Positions 53,913 to 62,099 of a stretch of DNA of 64,000 nt are shown here, in pieces; the stretch's first letter is position 1; every line of letters starts with the position of its first letter. Source of the stretch: a virus. The notes under the pieces are model-generated. The model was given only the letters and a program-made list of their open reading frames with translations. It did not search any database and was not told the origin of the DNA. The stretch covers positions 1 to 64,000 of the IMG/VR virus record IMGVR_UViG_3300045988_168162. One strand, written 5' to 3'. The position numbers were made by a program, and so were the translations under genes.

Positions 53913-55336
53913 CAGGCTTCCTCCTTTTGGGAGCACTTTGTGACCACGGCATCGGCTGCGAAAACAAACCGGTCGGTCAGAGAATCGCTGTTGATGAAGA
54001 GCTCGCGGCGCAGATTGGCCTTGACGCCGAATTTTTCTTGAAAGGCAGTGAATAACGCGGGCCAATTCGGTTTCATCTCGTCATAGATCAGGTGATAGCT
54101 GGCGGCGCTGTGTGCGGTGCGGTCGTTGGTGACATCGACAACAGACTTGACTGCCGCATCAATACGGCTGCCGTTGTTCGGGTTGGCGGTGGTGGAACGC
54201 AGCCATTTGATCTTGGGCTTGGCGGAAGCTTTCTGCTCCGGCGTTTCCTGCTTAGGGGCTTCATTCCCAAAGCTGTTGGCATCAAACTCGGCCAGACCGT
54301 TTTTATCGTACTTGACCTTGGGGTTATCCTTGACGCAGTGGAGAATGGAATCGTTATAGAAATCCTCCAGCACCGTATCAAAGATCTCGCGCCACTGGCG
54401 GTTGTCCTCGATGGCGGTCATGGTGCTGAAGTTGCCGCCCGTGCGGGGATGCTTGTTCATGTAATCGCGGCGGAGCTGCCATTTGACAAAGCCATACGTC
54501 CTGGTCATTTTGTCGTAAATCAGATTGACGACTTCGCGGGAATCATCATATTTGCCGGGCTGATTGGCAAGGATCTTACGGACAGTGTCATATACTTCGC
54601 CCTTCCACTCGCTGGTGGTAGCGCGGTGCTTGGTCGGCTTGACATGGGGAATCTTGCACTGGGCGCTCTCCGCCTTTTCGTTGGCAGCAGCGGTGAACTC
54701 GGCATCAACAGCGGCGTCATCCGTGGATTGTGACTCGGCGACAGGTTCGTTCTTGGCAGTGAGCATGCGCTGGTTCTGCTCCAGGATATGGTTGGCCAGC
54801 AGGGACATGGTGTTCATCATGGCAGCCATGGCGGTGCGGGAATCCTTCTGATCCTCGATAAAAGACTGGACAAGCGTGTTGGTAGTCTCCTGAGACTTGA
54901 CCAGCGTATCAAACATCAATTTGAAGGTATCATTGCTGACGGCAGTCTGCTGGTCAGGGGCGGCGAGAACGGAGTTGCCGTTATAGAGGGACTCCATCAC
55001 ATTCCAGACAAAGTCCATGAACTTATCGGCTTTATCTTGGCGGGAGAAGCGGCAGATCTCCATGGTGCCACGAAGAGTGTAGACAAAAGTCTCATGATCT
55101 CGACCATCAGCCCCCCTCAAAGTGAGGTAGGCTGACAGGGGATTCAATCTGTCTGCATTTCTCGAATGGATCTGCTGAATAGCGTCATTAGGCTTTGCGT
55201 ATTCAAGGGCAGTCCCAATCTGATTGCGGGTCATATAGAATTCGTTGTCGTTGCCCTGCCAGAAATCACAGGTCAGAGTGCCAAAAGGCTTCTGGGTGGC
55301 GAGGGTGAGAGAAGTAGTTGCGGTAGGCATAATCAT
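53912..55336 (-). CDS. Bro-N/antirepressor-like domain protein (474 aa)
   Basis: N-terminal FGTLTCDFWQGNDNEFYMTRNQIGTALEY resembles the Bro-N/ORF6N module. Start at MIMPTAT after AAAGGAAA. Confidence 0.5.
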   Translation of the reverse strand: MIMPTATTSLTLATQKPFGTLTCDFWQGNDNEFYMTRNQIGTALEYAKPNDAIQQIHSRNADRLNPLSAYLTLRGADGRDHETFVYTLRGTMEICRFSRQDKADKFMDFVWNVMESLYNGNSVLAAPDQQTAVSNDTFKLMFDTLVKSQETTNTLVQSFIEDQKDSRTAMAAMMNTMSLLANHILEQNQRMLTAKNEPVAESQSTDDAAVDAEFTAAANEKAESAQCKIPHVKPTKHRATTSEWKGEVYDTVRKILANQPGKYDDSREVVNLIYDKMTRTYGFVKWQLRRDYMNKHPRTGGNFSTMTAIEDNRQWREIFDTVLEDFYNDSILHCVKDNPKVKYDKNGLAEFDANSFGNEAPKQETPEQKASAKPKIKWLRSTTANPNNGSRIDAAVKSVVDVTNDRTAHSAASYHLIYDEMKPNWPALFTAFQEKFGVKANLRRELFINSDSLTDRFVFAADAVVTKCSQKEEA

Positions 55337-55362
55337 TTTCCTTTCTTTGAAACAGATTTCTT

Positions 55363-55653
55363 TTAGTATTCGTCCGGGAAGAGGACCGTGGTTACGGAAC
55401 GGTCCCACTCGGTGATGATCCAGATGCGCCAATCGGGATGATCGGCGGGGTTATAGACGCTGAACAGGCGATCATTGCCAGAGGTAAGAGCTTCATTATT
55501 GAGCTGGGCATCCTCGGCACAGCAATCACCCCAGTCAGCGTTTTCGTGGCGGGTGATACACTGATACACATAGGTAAAGAAATTACGGTCATCATTCATC
55601 TTGGCGGCGATTTCATCCGTGACTACAAGAGAGCCAAGCTTGAATTTACTCAT
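55363..55653 (-). CDS. conserved plasmid/phage small protein (96 aa)
   Basis: ADWGDCCAEDAQLNNEAL .. RIWIITEWDRSVTTVLFPDEY. I recognise this pattern as a recurrent mobile-element family of unknown function. Confidence 0.5.
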   Translation of the reverse strand: MSKFKLGSLVVTDEIAAKMNDDRNFFTYVYQCITRHENADWGDCCAEDAQLNNEALTSGNDRLFSVYNPADHPDWRIWIITEWDRSVTTVLFPDEY

Positions 55654-55817
55654 ACAGAAGCACTTCCTTTCGGGTTGGCCGCGAAGAACTCATCCTCGGG
55701 GCAGAAGGGGCAATACCAGGAACCGCCGCGGTAGAAAGCGCCGGGTGTGTCCGGCAGACATTCGTAACAGACGGTGCCGTCTACAAAAGCAAGGGTGTAG
55801 GTGATGGATTTCATCAT
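55650..55817 (-). CDS. zinc-ribbon mini-protein (55 aa, below track cutoff)
   Basis: MMKSITYTLAFVDGTVCYEC..WYCPFCPEDE. ATGA overlap with the next gene. AAAGGAAA SD. Confidence 0.4.
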   Translation of the reverse strand: MMKSITYTLAFVDGTVCYECLPDTPGAFYRGGSWYCPFCPEDEFFAANPKGSASV

Positions 55818-55845
55818 TGAATATCATTTCCTTTCTGTGTGGTTT

Positions 55846-56190
55846 TGTGTGATGTAAGCTGATAAGGTGGCTGCCTGGACCAGGAGGTGGTCCCAACTCG
55901 TTATTCAGAAGCTGCTGCTCAATTTTAGGAAGTCCTGGTACGATTTTCTGGGTACGAAGCACTGTTGATTGGACGTGTAAGTGAGCTAATCGCTATGGAC
56001 TCTGACGCTTTTGCCAGTCGTTAGTTGGCAGTAAACTCTGAATCTTCGCTGAAGAATCACTAGGATCGCGATGGCCATCGGCGACTCGCCGATCGTGGTG
56101 GGTGGACTGGGTAACAAATTCATACTCTCGGATATGACCTGAGAGTTTTTGCCTTGAACTACAAAGCAAAAGTAAACCTTACATAACACA
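55846..56190 (-). ncRNA. copy C of the structured-RNA element (345 nt) downstream of the RT gene
   Basis: Closed by a 13-bp inverted repeat with one mismatch (56178-56190 vs 55846-55858). Conserved module at 56109-56146. Same 5' layout as copy D. Confidence 0.55.
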
Positions 56191-56208
56191 GTTTATAGAA
56201 TGTAAAAA

Positions 56209-56382
56209 CATTTCTGCGGCATTACCGAGCGCTCCAGATGGGGGTCTGAAGCGCCGGCAAGAAAGGAAGAAAAAATGAACAAGGGCTGCATGGAATCACC
56301 ACAAACCATGCGCCCGGTGGCCGGACGAACAACCGAAAGAAAGGAAGAAACGGCTGAAGCGCCCGGTAACACCGCAGAAACG
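56209..56382 (-). other. structured spacer between the RT stop and RNA copy C
   Basis: About 24-nt imperfect inverted repeat (56209-56232 vs 56359-56382). It encloses two direct copies each of AAGAAAGGAAGAAA (56259, 56337) and CTGAAGCGCC (56246, 56354). Confidence 0.45.
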
Positions 56383-56398
56383 GCGGGGGAAAACTGAA

Positions 56399-57589
56399 TC
56401 AAGCTGCTTTGGGCTTGAGATCGTCAGAGATACAGGTGAGAAGATCGGCACCATATCTGGCGTTGTACTTTTGGATGACACCGGCAATGGTGGCGGGTTC
56501 TACACTAAGGTAGTAGCTGATATTGCCGCGGAACTTTTGGAGATCCTCTTCGTCCCATTTTTTGCCGTTGCGGCGGTCTTTGAAATAGGTTTCGATGGTA
56601 GCTTTAAGGATTTTGTGGTTTCGATAACCAACGGTAATATCGCCATCCTTATTGAGCATCAGACCGAGCATCCAGTTACGACCGGCGCGGGTGCCGAAGT
56701 GGGTCTTTTCGGTATTCAAGGTAAAGGGAGCATCGAGTTCATGAAGCATGGCGATCAGTTCCCGCTCGACCTTGCGGTAGTTGAAGAAGACCCGGCAGGA
56801 GATATGAATATCATCGGCATAGCGGGTGTAACAGATGCGGTCTGTGATGGGCGTGCCATCTGGGTTGACTTTGCCGCTTTGGAACTGGTTGAGCAGGCGG
56901 GCAAACTTATGGTCGAAGGGAATCATCATGACATTGGTGATGAAAGGGGAGAACGGGGTGCCCTGTGGCAGGCCGTTATTGAGAAACGCCAGGCTTAAAG
57001 CGCGGCGAAGCTCCCTGCGGCCGGTGGGGTCTGCCAGGATCAGGTTGAAGGGATAGATCTCTTCCATCTGTTTGAAGACAAAGTGCGGTGTGGTGGATGG
57101 GAAAAAGCCGTGGAAATCATAATGGCAGAAGTACCAGCTGCGGAACCGCTGATGCTTGATAACGGCATCCTTGGTGGAGCGGCCATTGACATAGGCAAAA
57201 GCGCAGGTGTGGTGGTCGGCAAACATCCAGCCGGACATCATATCCTTGAGCTGAGCCAATGCCTTTTTGAGTTCCGGGTGCGGGGCATCAATGGGACGCA
57301 TCTTGCCGCCGGTCTTTTTCGGGATCTCGAAATGATCGTAGAGTTCCCATTTGTTGGGGTAATCGATCAGATCCTTATAGCAGGTATTGAACATCTTGAG
57401 CTGGCTGATCATGGCGTCCAGGCAAGTGATTTTCATAATGCGCTCAGGAACTTTGTCGCATACAACGGTGCGGGTGGAGCCGTGACCGCCGGAACGTAAG
57501 GAATCCAGCGGAATATCGACACCGAGCATAAGTTCCTCGAACGTGATTTGACGAACGGTTTCGGGGGTATTGTAAGTTATGTATACCAT
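56399..57589 (-). CDS. reverse transcriptase, retron/Abi-like type (396 aa)
   Basis: FEIPKKTGGKMRPIDAP (RT1-2), NGLPQGTPFSPFITN (RT4), YTRYADDIHIS (YADD box in a retron-like context). Start at MVYITYN (ATG 57589). The longer track ORF runs into structured non-coding RNA. Confidence 0.85.
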   Translation of the reverse strand: MVYITYNTPETVRQITFEELMLGVDIPLDSLRSGGHGSTRTVVCDKVPERIMKITCLDAMISQLKMFNTCYKDLIDYPNKWELYDHFEIPKKTGGKMRPIDAPHPELKKALAQLKDMMSGWMFADHHTCAFAYVNGRSTKDAVIKHQRFRSWYFCHYDFHGFFPSTTPHFVFKQMEEIYPFNLILADPTGRRELRRALSLAFLNNGLPQGTPFSPFITNVMMIPFDHKFARLLNQFQSGKVNPDGTPITDRICYTRYADDIHISCRVFFNYRKVERELIAMLHELDAPFTLNTEKTHFGTRAGRNWMLGLMLNKDGDITVGYRNHKILKATIETYFKDRRNGKKWDEEDLQKFRGNISYYLSVEPATIAGVIQKYNARYGADLLTCISDDLKPKAA

Positions 57590-57607
57590 AGTGGTGTACC
57601 TCGATTG

Positions 57608-57944
57608 TGTTTGTGATCTTGAAGGAATGATGCTGATCTTGCGAAGCTGATCAGCTTCCTGGATTAGCTCCATACAGTGGTGGAATTGGCTTAAAACTCC
57701 AATCAGACAACTGACTGATGTCCAATCTGCGGCTGCCAAGTCTATTACATGACCAATCGACATCGATTGCCCGCTAAGTTAGCTTAAAATGCCCTTGATG
57801 TGAGCGGCGGAACTCGGCGATTCTTGTGGCACCCCCAGATGCGCCTGGCGCGTGCCTGCCCGGTCTGGGTAACAAATTCGTACTCTCGGATATGACCTGA
57901 GAGTCGTTGCGATTTACAAAATGCAACGGTAAACATCACAAACA
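57608..57944 (-). ncRNA. copy D of the structured-RNA element (337 nt) immediately upstream of the RT (retron msr-msd-like position)
   Basis: Closed by a perfect 10-bp inverted repeat (57935-57944 vs 57608-57617) that ends 19 nt before the RT ATG. Conserved module at 57867-57904. TATAAT box at about 57968. Confidence 0.55.
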
Positions 57945-57993
57945 AATTTAAATTACAAAGTGTATTATACGGACGATATATTACATAGTGATA

Positions 57994-58677
57994 TTACATG
58001 GCCGTGATAGCTCCTTCCGTGTCGAGATTGAAAGGCGCAACCAGGATCAAATCCTTGATCTTGCCATCCGTGACAAACTTTTGGAAGTTGATAACGGTCA
58101 TGGTGGCAGCCATGCGAACCGTGGGCGCTACACCAAGGACCTCGCCACAGGCGGAACGGGGCACCTCAGCGGTCGCTTCCTCGTGGGTGAAGTTCATACT
58201 GTCGAGCAGTGCTTTCTTGGCCTGCGGGTCACGCCAGTCGGCTGCATAAAGCTGGGCATCAAACAATGCCGTGCGGACATCAAACATCGCCTTGATATTG
58301 GCGTTGTACTGATTGCGCTTGACAATGTCGCGCCGGATCGCAATATCATCCACGGCCAGGAACACATAGCCTGCCAGCGGCTCACCATGCCAGCCATCGG
58401 GTTTGACCTTGACGGTTTCATTACAGGTCAGATTGATATTACCAAGAATATCTCGCAAGGCATCGACCTTTTTCATGCCGACATGGTCATCGAAGAACAT
58501 CTGGTTGACGAGGTTTTTCTCCTCGACCTTGTCCATATCCCAAAGGGTGAACTTGGTGAGACCGTAGCGGGCCAGCAGCTCGGCGATGGTAGAACCGACA
58601 GAACCGCAGCCAATAATGTGAATGGGAGCGGTGATCTTGGCGGGGTCGAAAACCTCGCGGCTCTTATTTAAATTCAT
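57994..58677 (-). CDS. ThiF/MoeB/E1-like adenylyltransferase (227 aa)
   Basis: Rossmann IIGCGSVGS plus DMDKVEEKNLVNQ. Start at MNLNKSRE after AGGAGGTCCCCG. Confidence 0.75.
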   Translation of the reverse strand: MNLNKSREVFDPAKITAPIHIIGCGSVGSTIAELLARYGLTKFTLWDMDKVEEKNLVNQMFFDDHVGMKKVDALRDILGNINLTCNETVKVKPDGWHGEPLAGYVFLAVDDIAIRRDIVKRNQYNANIKAMFDVRTALFDAQLYAADWRDPQAKKALLDSMNFTHEEATAEVPRSACGEVLGVAPTVRMAATMTVINFQKFVTDGKIKDLILVAPFNLDTEGAITAM

Positions 58678-59296
58678 CGGGGACCTCCTGACCGTAGGTG
58701 TACCAATCGTACTGCTTATAGTGGTTGTACTGGTTGAAATAGATGGGCGGCTGAACGACCGGCAGCGATTCGACCTTGACCATGGTTTTGACTTCATCCA
58801 GGAAGGACGGGTCAAAAGTATCGTAGGTAAGAAGAACTTCGTCCTGTTCACGAATCGTGCCATGATCGTAGATGTGGGCTGTGTAGTAGAGATCCTTGTT
58901 CCAGATCATGAAGATATAGAACTGGTTATCCGGGATGTGGCGTTCCTCCTGGCTTTGGATATCCGTACCGGAGGGGTGCGTGTCCATATAGACGTGGCTG
59001 TGACCGTGGTAGTGCAGGTCATCAAAGTTGGGATGCTCAAAGTACCAGCGGCCATATTCCTCCTGATCGACCACCACCGTAGCAGCGGTGACCGTTTGCG
59101 GATAGACCGTGATATCATAGACCTCCCAGCCATCCTGGATGGGGCGGGTAAGACCATGCCAGCCGATTTCGGTGTTATACTCGTTCAGCAGAGCGAGCTG
59201 TTTGTTCCAGGCATTGGCCGTGAAGTGGATATGAATGGGTTTCTTTGCGGGTGCCTTGACGGCGGGGGCCTTTTCATTCGGGCTCGTTTTGGACAT
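58664..59296 (-). CDS. JAB/MPN (JAMM) metalloprotease-like protein
   Basis: EIGWHG .. HSHVYMDTHPSGTD matches E..HxH-x7-S-xx-D. Overlaps the E1-like gene by 14 nt. Confidence 0.75.
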   Translation of the reverse strand: MSKTSPNEKAPAVKAPAKKPIHIHFTANAWNKQLALLNEYNTEIGWHGLTRPIQDGWEVYDITVYPQTVTAATVVVDQEEYGRWYFEHPNFDDLHYHGHSHVYMDTHPSGTDIQSQEERHIPDNQFYIFMIWNKDLYYTAHIYDHGTIREQDEVLLTYDTFDPSFLDEVKTMVKVESLPVVQPPIYFNQYNHYKQYDWYTYGQEVPDEFK

Positions 59297-59299
59297 GGC

Positions 59300-60673
59300 T
59301 TACGCCTCCTTTCCGTTCATTTCATCACAGACGATCTGCATGGCTTCCTTGAATGTGATATCGGTGCCATCTTGCGTGCGGATGACCTTGCCACTGCCGA
59401 GAACCAGCTGCTGCGTAACACGACCCATGGCCCAAGTCTCAGACAGGGACACATTGGATGCGCTTTGCTGCGTGATAGCCAGGGCAGCGATATAATCATG
59501 GTTGCGCTCGGCATCTGCAAGATCGCCTGCATAGCCGCCCAGGCAGGTGGCAAAAGCGATATGCGGGTTATTGATATAGTCCGCAGCAATAGGCTCCATG
59601 GGATCATCGGCTTCCACAGCGTGGACAGCGGCATCTCTGTTGATGATGTAAGTGGCGGCCATCTTGATCGTGAACCGATGATCAACAAAGACAGCGCGGT
59701 AGAACGCGGTCATCTGATCGTTATCATACGGGTTATCGATTTCATGGGAGCCGCGGCCGATGCTGGAATAACCATCGAGAACGTCAGGGTAGTTCAGCAC
59801 ATAAGAATCGACCATGTCCTCATCATAACAGGAGAGGGTGGTGAGCACCGTGTACTGGATATAACCACTGCCGATGCCGATATGATCGATACGGAATCCG
59901 CCGCTGCGCAGGTAATCATAGATTTCCTGGCGAAGCTGATTCGTGTCGGTTTTGCGAAGGTAGGCAATCTTTGCGTTGTACTCTGCAATGAGACGAAGAT
60001 GATCGGAGATGCGGCGCTGGTAGCTCTTGATCTCTTGTTCGGCTTCCTCGATATTGCGGGAGGCGGAGCGGATCTGATCAGCCTGTGCGTTGACGGTGAT
60101 CTCCTGGGCGGCAGAACGATACTCGATCATATCGTAAGCGTACTTAGCGATAAAGGAAGCCGTGGCGTCCCAGAAATCTTTGCGCGATGCTGCGTTATCT
60201 TTTTGACTGATCTTGTAGACCAGCTGAAGCAGCGCGTATTCATCGGGCTGAAGCTTCTGTTCACCCTCGAACAGCCAGGGCAGGAGCATGGGGATGGCAC
60301 TAATCACACGAAGCCAGATCGCATGGCGTGGACGTACCGCCTGGTCAACATTCACGACGGCCCTGCGCTTATCGGGCAGGATAAAGACCTTGCTGTGCTC
60401 CGGGGCGATATAGTTTTCAAGCCGGGTCACACTGGTAAGGTTACTGGTAACAGGGAACGGAACCGTCCTGAGATAAAGGAACTCCGCATCCGTATCACCG
60501 TTATGGCCGTTTTCAAGATGAAGCGTTTCCGTTCTGGGGGCAACCACACACATCCAGACGGCCTGGAGGACGAGCAGATCATCACCGCTGACGGCGTAAT
60601 ACTGGTCACTGGTGAACCGCCCCTGCATGGAGCTTTCAAACGCTTTCGAGAGGATTCTTTCGTTGATTTCCAA
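59300..60673 (-). CDS. hypothetical protein of the E1/JAB cassette (457 aa)
   Basis: Central coiled coil. C-terminal NNPHIAFATCLGG loosely recalls an E2 HPN..C active-site loop (speculative). Confidence 0.5.
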   Translation of the reverse strand: MEINERILSKAFESSMQGRFTSDQYYAVSGDDLLVLQAVWMCVVAPRTETLHLENGHNGDTDAEFLYLRTVPFPVTSNLTSVTRLENYIAPEHSKVFILPDKRRAVVNVDQAVRPRHAIWLRVISAIPMLLPWLFEGEQKLQPDEYALLQLVYKISQKDNAASRKDFWDATASFIAKYAYDMIEYRSAAQEITVNAQADQIRSASRNIEEAEQEIKSYQRRISDHLRLIAEYNAKIAYLRKTDTNQLRQEIYDYLRSGGFRIDHIGIGSGYIQYTVLTTLSCYDEDMVDSYVLNYPDVLDGYSSIGRGSHEIDNPYDNDQMTAFYRAVFVDHRFTIKMAATYIINRDAAVHAVEADDPMEPIAADYINNPHIAFATCLGGYAGDLADAERNHDYIAALAITQQSASNVSLSETWAMGRVTQQLVLGSGKVIRTQDGTDITFKEAMQIVCDEMNGKEA

Positions 60674-60705
60674 AACGGAAACACTCCTTTCTTTAAGCAG
60701 CGGAC

Positions 60706-60978
60706 TTAGCCGCGGCAGGCGTTATCCTGCTTGGGGATGTTGAGCATGTAGAAGCTGGTGGCGGTGTTGATCTTCTCGAAATTATCGGCGAACCAGCGGA
60801 TGGGCTTGTCCAGGTTTTCCTCGCCCAGAGCGATGCCGTTGAAATTCGTCTGGCCGACATGGTAGTCAACGCCGAACTGATCCAGCAGCTGACGGGGCGT
60901 GGTGGTGTCCACAGAGATGGGGGCGGACTCGTGACGATCGAAAGAAGTGCCGACTTTAACCTTGATGATGCTTTCCAT
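60706..60978 (-). CDS. small protein ending in Gly (90 aa), possible beta-grasp/ubiquitin-like partner
   Basis: Start at MESIIKVKVG after AAAGGAGA. Terminal residues ..NACRG. Ubl size and position in the cassette. Fold not verifiable here. Confidence 0.4.
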   Translation of the reverse strand: MESIIKVKVGTSFDRHESAPISVDTTTPRQLLDQFGVDYHVGQTNFNGIALGEENLDKPIRWFADNFEKINTATSFYMLNIPKQDNACRG

Positions 60979-61062
60979 AAAACTTGTCTCCTTTGAAATA
61001 TACATTTATTTTGTGATTTTATACAGTGTTTGTATGCGGGCTTTGGATGTAAAAGAGGGGGA

Positions 61063-61482
61063 TCAGCCCTCTGCGGTGGTGTCCTCGGCGTTGGCTTCAC
61101 CGGTCAGTTCCCGGATGAAGGCGGCCTTGCGATCCTTTTCATTCTGGACAGCGGTGGTGGCGGTGGCCTCGATCTCGTCCAGCTTGGCCTTGGCAGCGCC
61201 GACCTTATCAAAGATCTCGTTCAGCTGCTCATCTGCGGGCTTATTGGTGTCCAGCGTGTAGGTCAGGACGGCCTTGCCATCGCGGGTCTTGTTGGCGAAA
61301 ACGATGCCGTACTGGCTGATGCTGCCCATGGTGCCGCCGGTTTTGACAACGAACTGGACGTCGCCGTCCTTATCCTTGATGGCCAGGGCGTCGGGATTCT
61401 GCTTCTCCAGCAGTTTGATGTCGTCCAGCGACAGGGTGGAGATGAGGTCGAAAGTGGTTGCGTTCAGGGTGATCTTAGACAT
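61063..61482 (-). CDS. hypothetical protein (139 aa), first gene of the E1/JAB cassette
   Basis: ORF with Ala/Lys/Glu-rich C-terminal half. Confidence 0.5.
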   Translation of the reverse strand: MSKITLNATTFDLISTLSLDDIKLLEKQNPDALAIKDKDGDVQFVVKTGGTMGSISQYGIVFANKTRDGKAVLTYTLDTNKPADEQLNEIFDKVGAAKAKLDEIEATATTAVQNEKDRKAAFIRELTGEANAEDTTAEG

Positions 61483-61547
61483 AGTAGTTACTCCTTTGAA
61501 TTTGTTTTGTACGTTAGTACGTTATTGTGTGGATGGCGGATATATCA

Positions 61548-61664
61548 TCAAGACCTTGCGGCCTCGATTTCGTGGTAGGCTTCACGGATGGAATCCGCAG
61601 AGCAAAAGAACTGGCGGTCAAGATAGACTTCATAATGACCGCGGCGGTAATGGATGGTGAACAT
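61548..61664 (-). CDS. mini-ORF (38 aa)
   Basis: MFTIHYRRGHYEVYLDRQFF.. with a GGAGTG SD, directly downstream of the promoter-like motif. Confidence 0.3.
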   Translation of the reverse strand: MFTIHYRRGHYEVYLDRQFFCSADSIREAYHEIEAARS

Positions 61665-61687
61665 AGGCATCACTCCTTTCTGTTGCA

Positions 61688-61716
61688 TTTATGTACCGTT
61701 AAATGTAGGGCGAAAA
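61688..61716 (-). promoter_or_regulatory. conserved promoter-like motif
   Basis: Minus-sense TTCGCCCTACATTTAACGGTACATAAAT. Confidence 0.5.
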
Positions 61717-61778
61717 TTTGGACCTGCTGCGCAATGCAGGTGAGAACACCGACTGCGAGCAGGATCAGACTTGGCTAT

Positions 61779-61806
61779 TCATGCGCCGTTAAATCTTGCC
61801 TAAAGG
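61779..61806 (-). promoter_or_regulatory. conserved promoter-like motif (second tandem copy)
   Basis: Minus-sense TTTAGGCAAGATTTAACGGCGCATGAAT. Confidence 0.4.
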
Positions 61807-61997
61807 ATACCACCGCACCATCGTTTTGTCAAGTGGGGTGGCAAAAGATTGCTTCTTGGTGCGCAAAATATGTGCGGTCTTGCGAAACGGCAGGGTTGGA
61901 CACGAGGCAAAACTACGAAATCCAAAATCGCCTAAGTAGGGGGTAAAGTTGCAGAAAGTGTTAAAGTATATTAGCAGTAATGACATTCGTAAAGTTA

Positions 61998-62076
61998 CTC
62001 CGTAATCCAGTCCTCTCCGAAATCCAGGTCCTTCGAGAACAAGTTCTCTGCGAACCAGTCTTTCTACGAGTCCAGT
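61998..62076. repeat. four iteron-like units C(T/G)(C/A)CG(N)AA(N)CCAGT(C)
   Basis: CTCCGTAATCCAGTC, CTCCGAAATCCAGGTC, CTGCGAACCAGTC and CTACGAGTCCAGT, spaced 16-33 nt apart. Confidence 0.55.
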
Positions 62077-62099
62077 ATTACTACATAACTTTACTCATG

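Noticed and set aside
56109-56175. Hammerhead-like reading of CTGAGAG - hairpin - GTAAAC.
   Set aside because: The core does not match CUGANGA ... GAAA. The CUGAGAG segment is paired inside the conserved hairpin.
30165-57904. Interpretation of the GGT(A/G)ACAAATT(C/T) motif as the P3-J3/4-P4 core of group I introns, suggested by the nearby homing-endonuclease-like gene and tRNAs.
   Set aside because: On the plus strand no P4' complement follows the hairpin. No P7 or G-binding-site-like elements could be placed. The adjacent tRNAs are uninterrupted and on the other strand.
55846-57944. Diversity-generating retroelement (TR/VR pair) around the RT.
   Set aside because: The two flanking repeats share only about 45 nt of the module and differ by compensatory stem changes, not adenine-specific substitutions. 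Neither lies in the 3' end of a target ORF, and there is no Avd-like gene.
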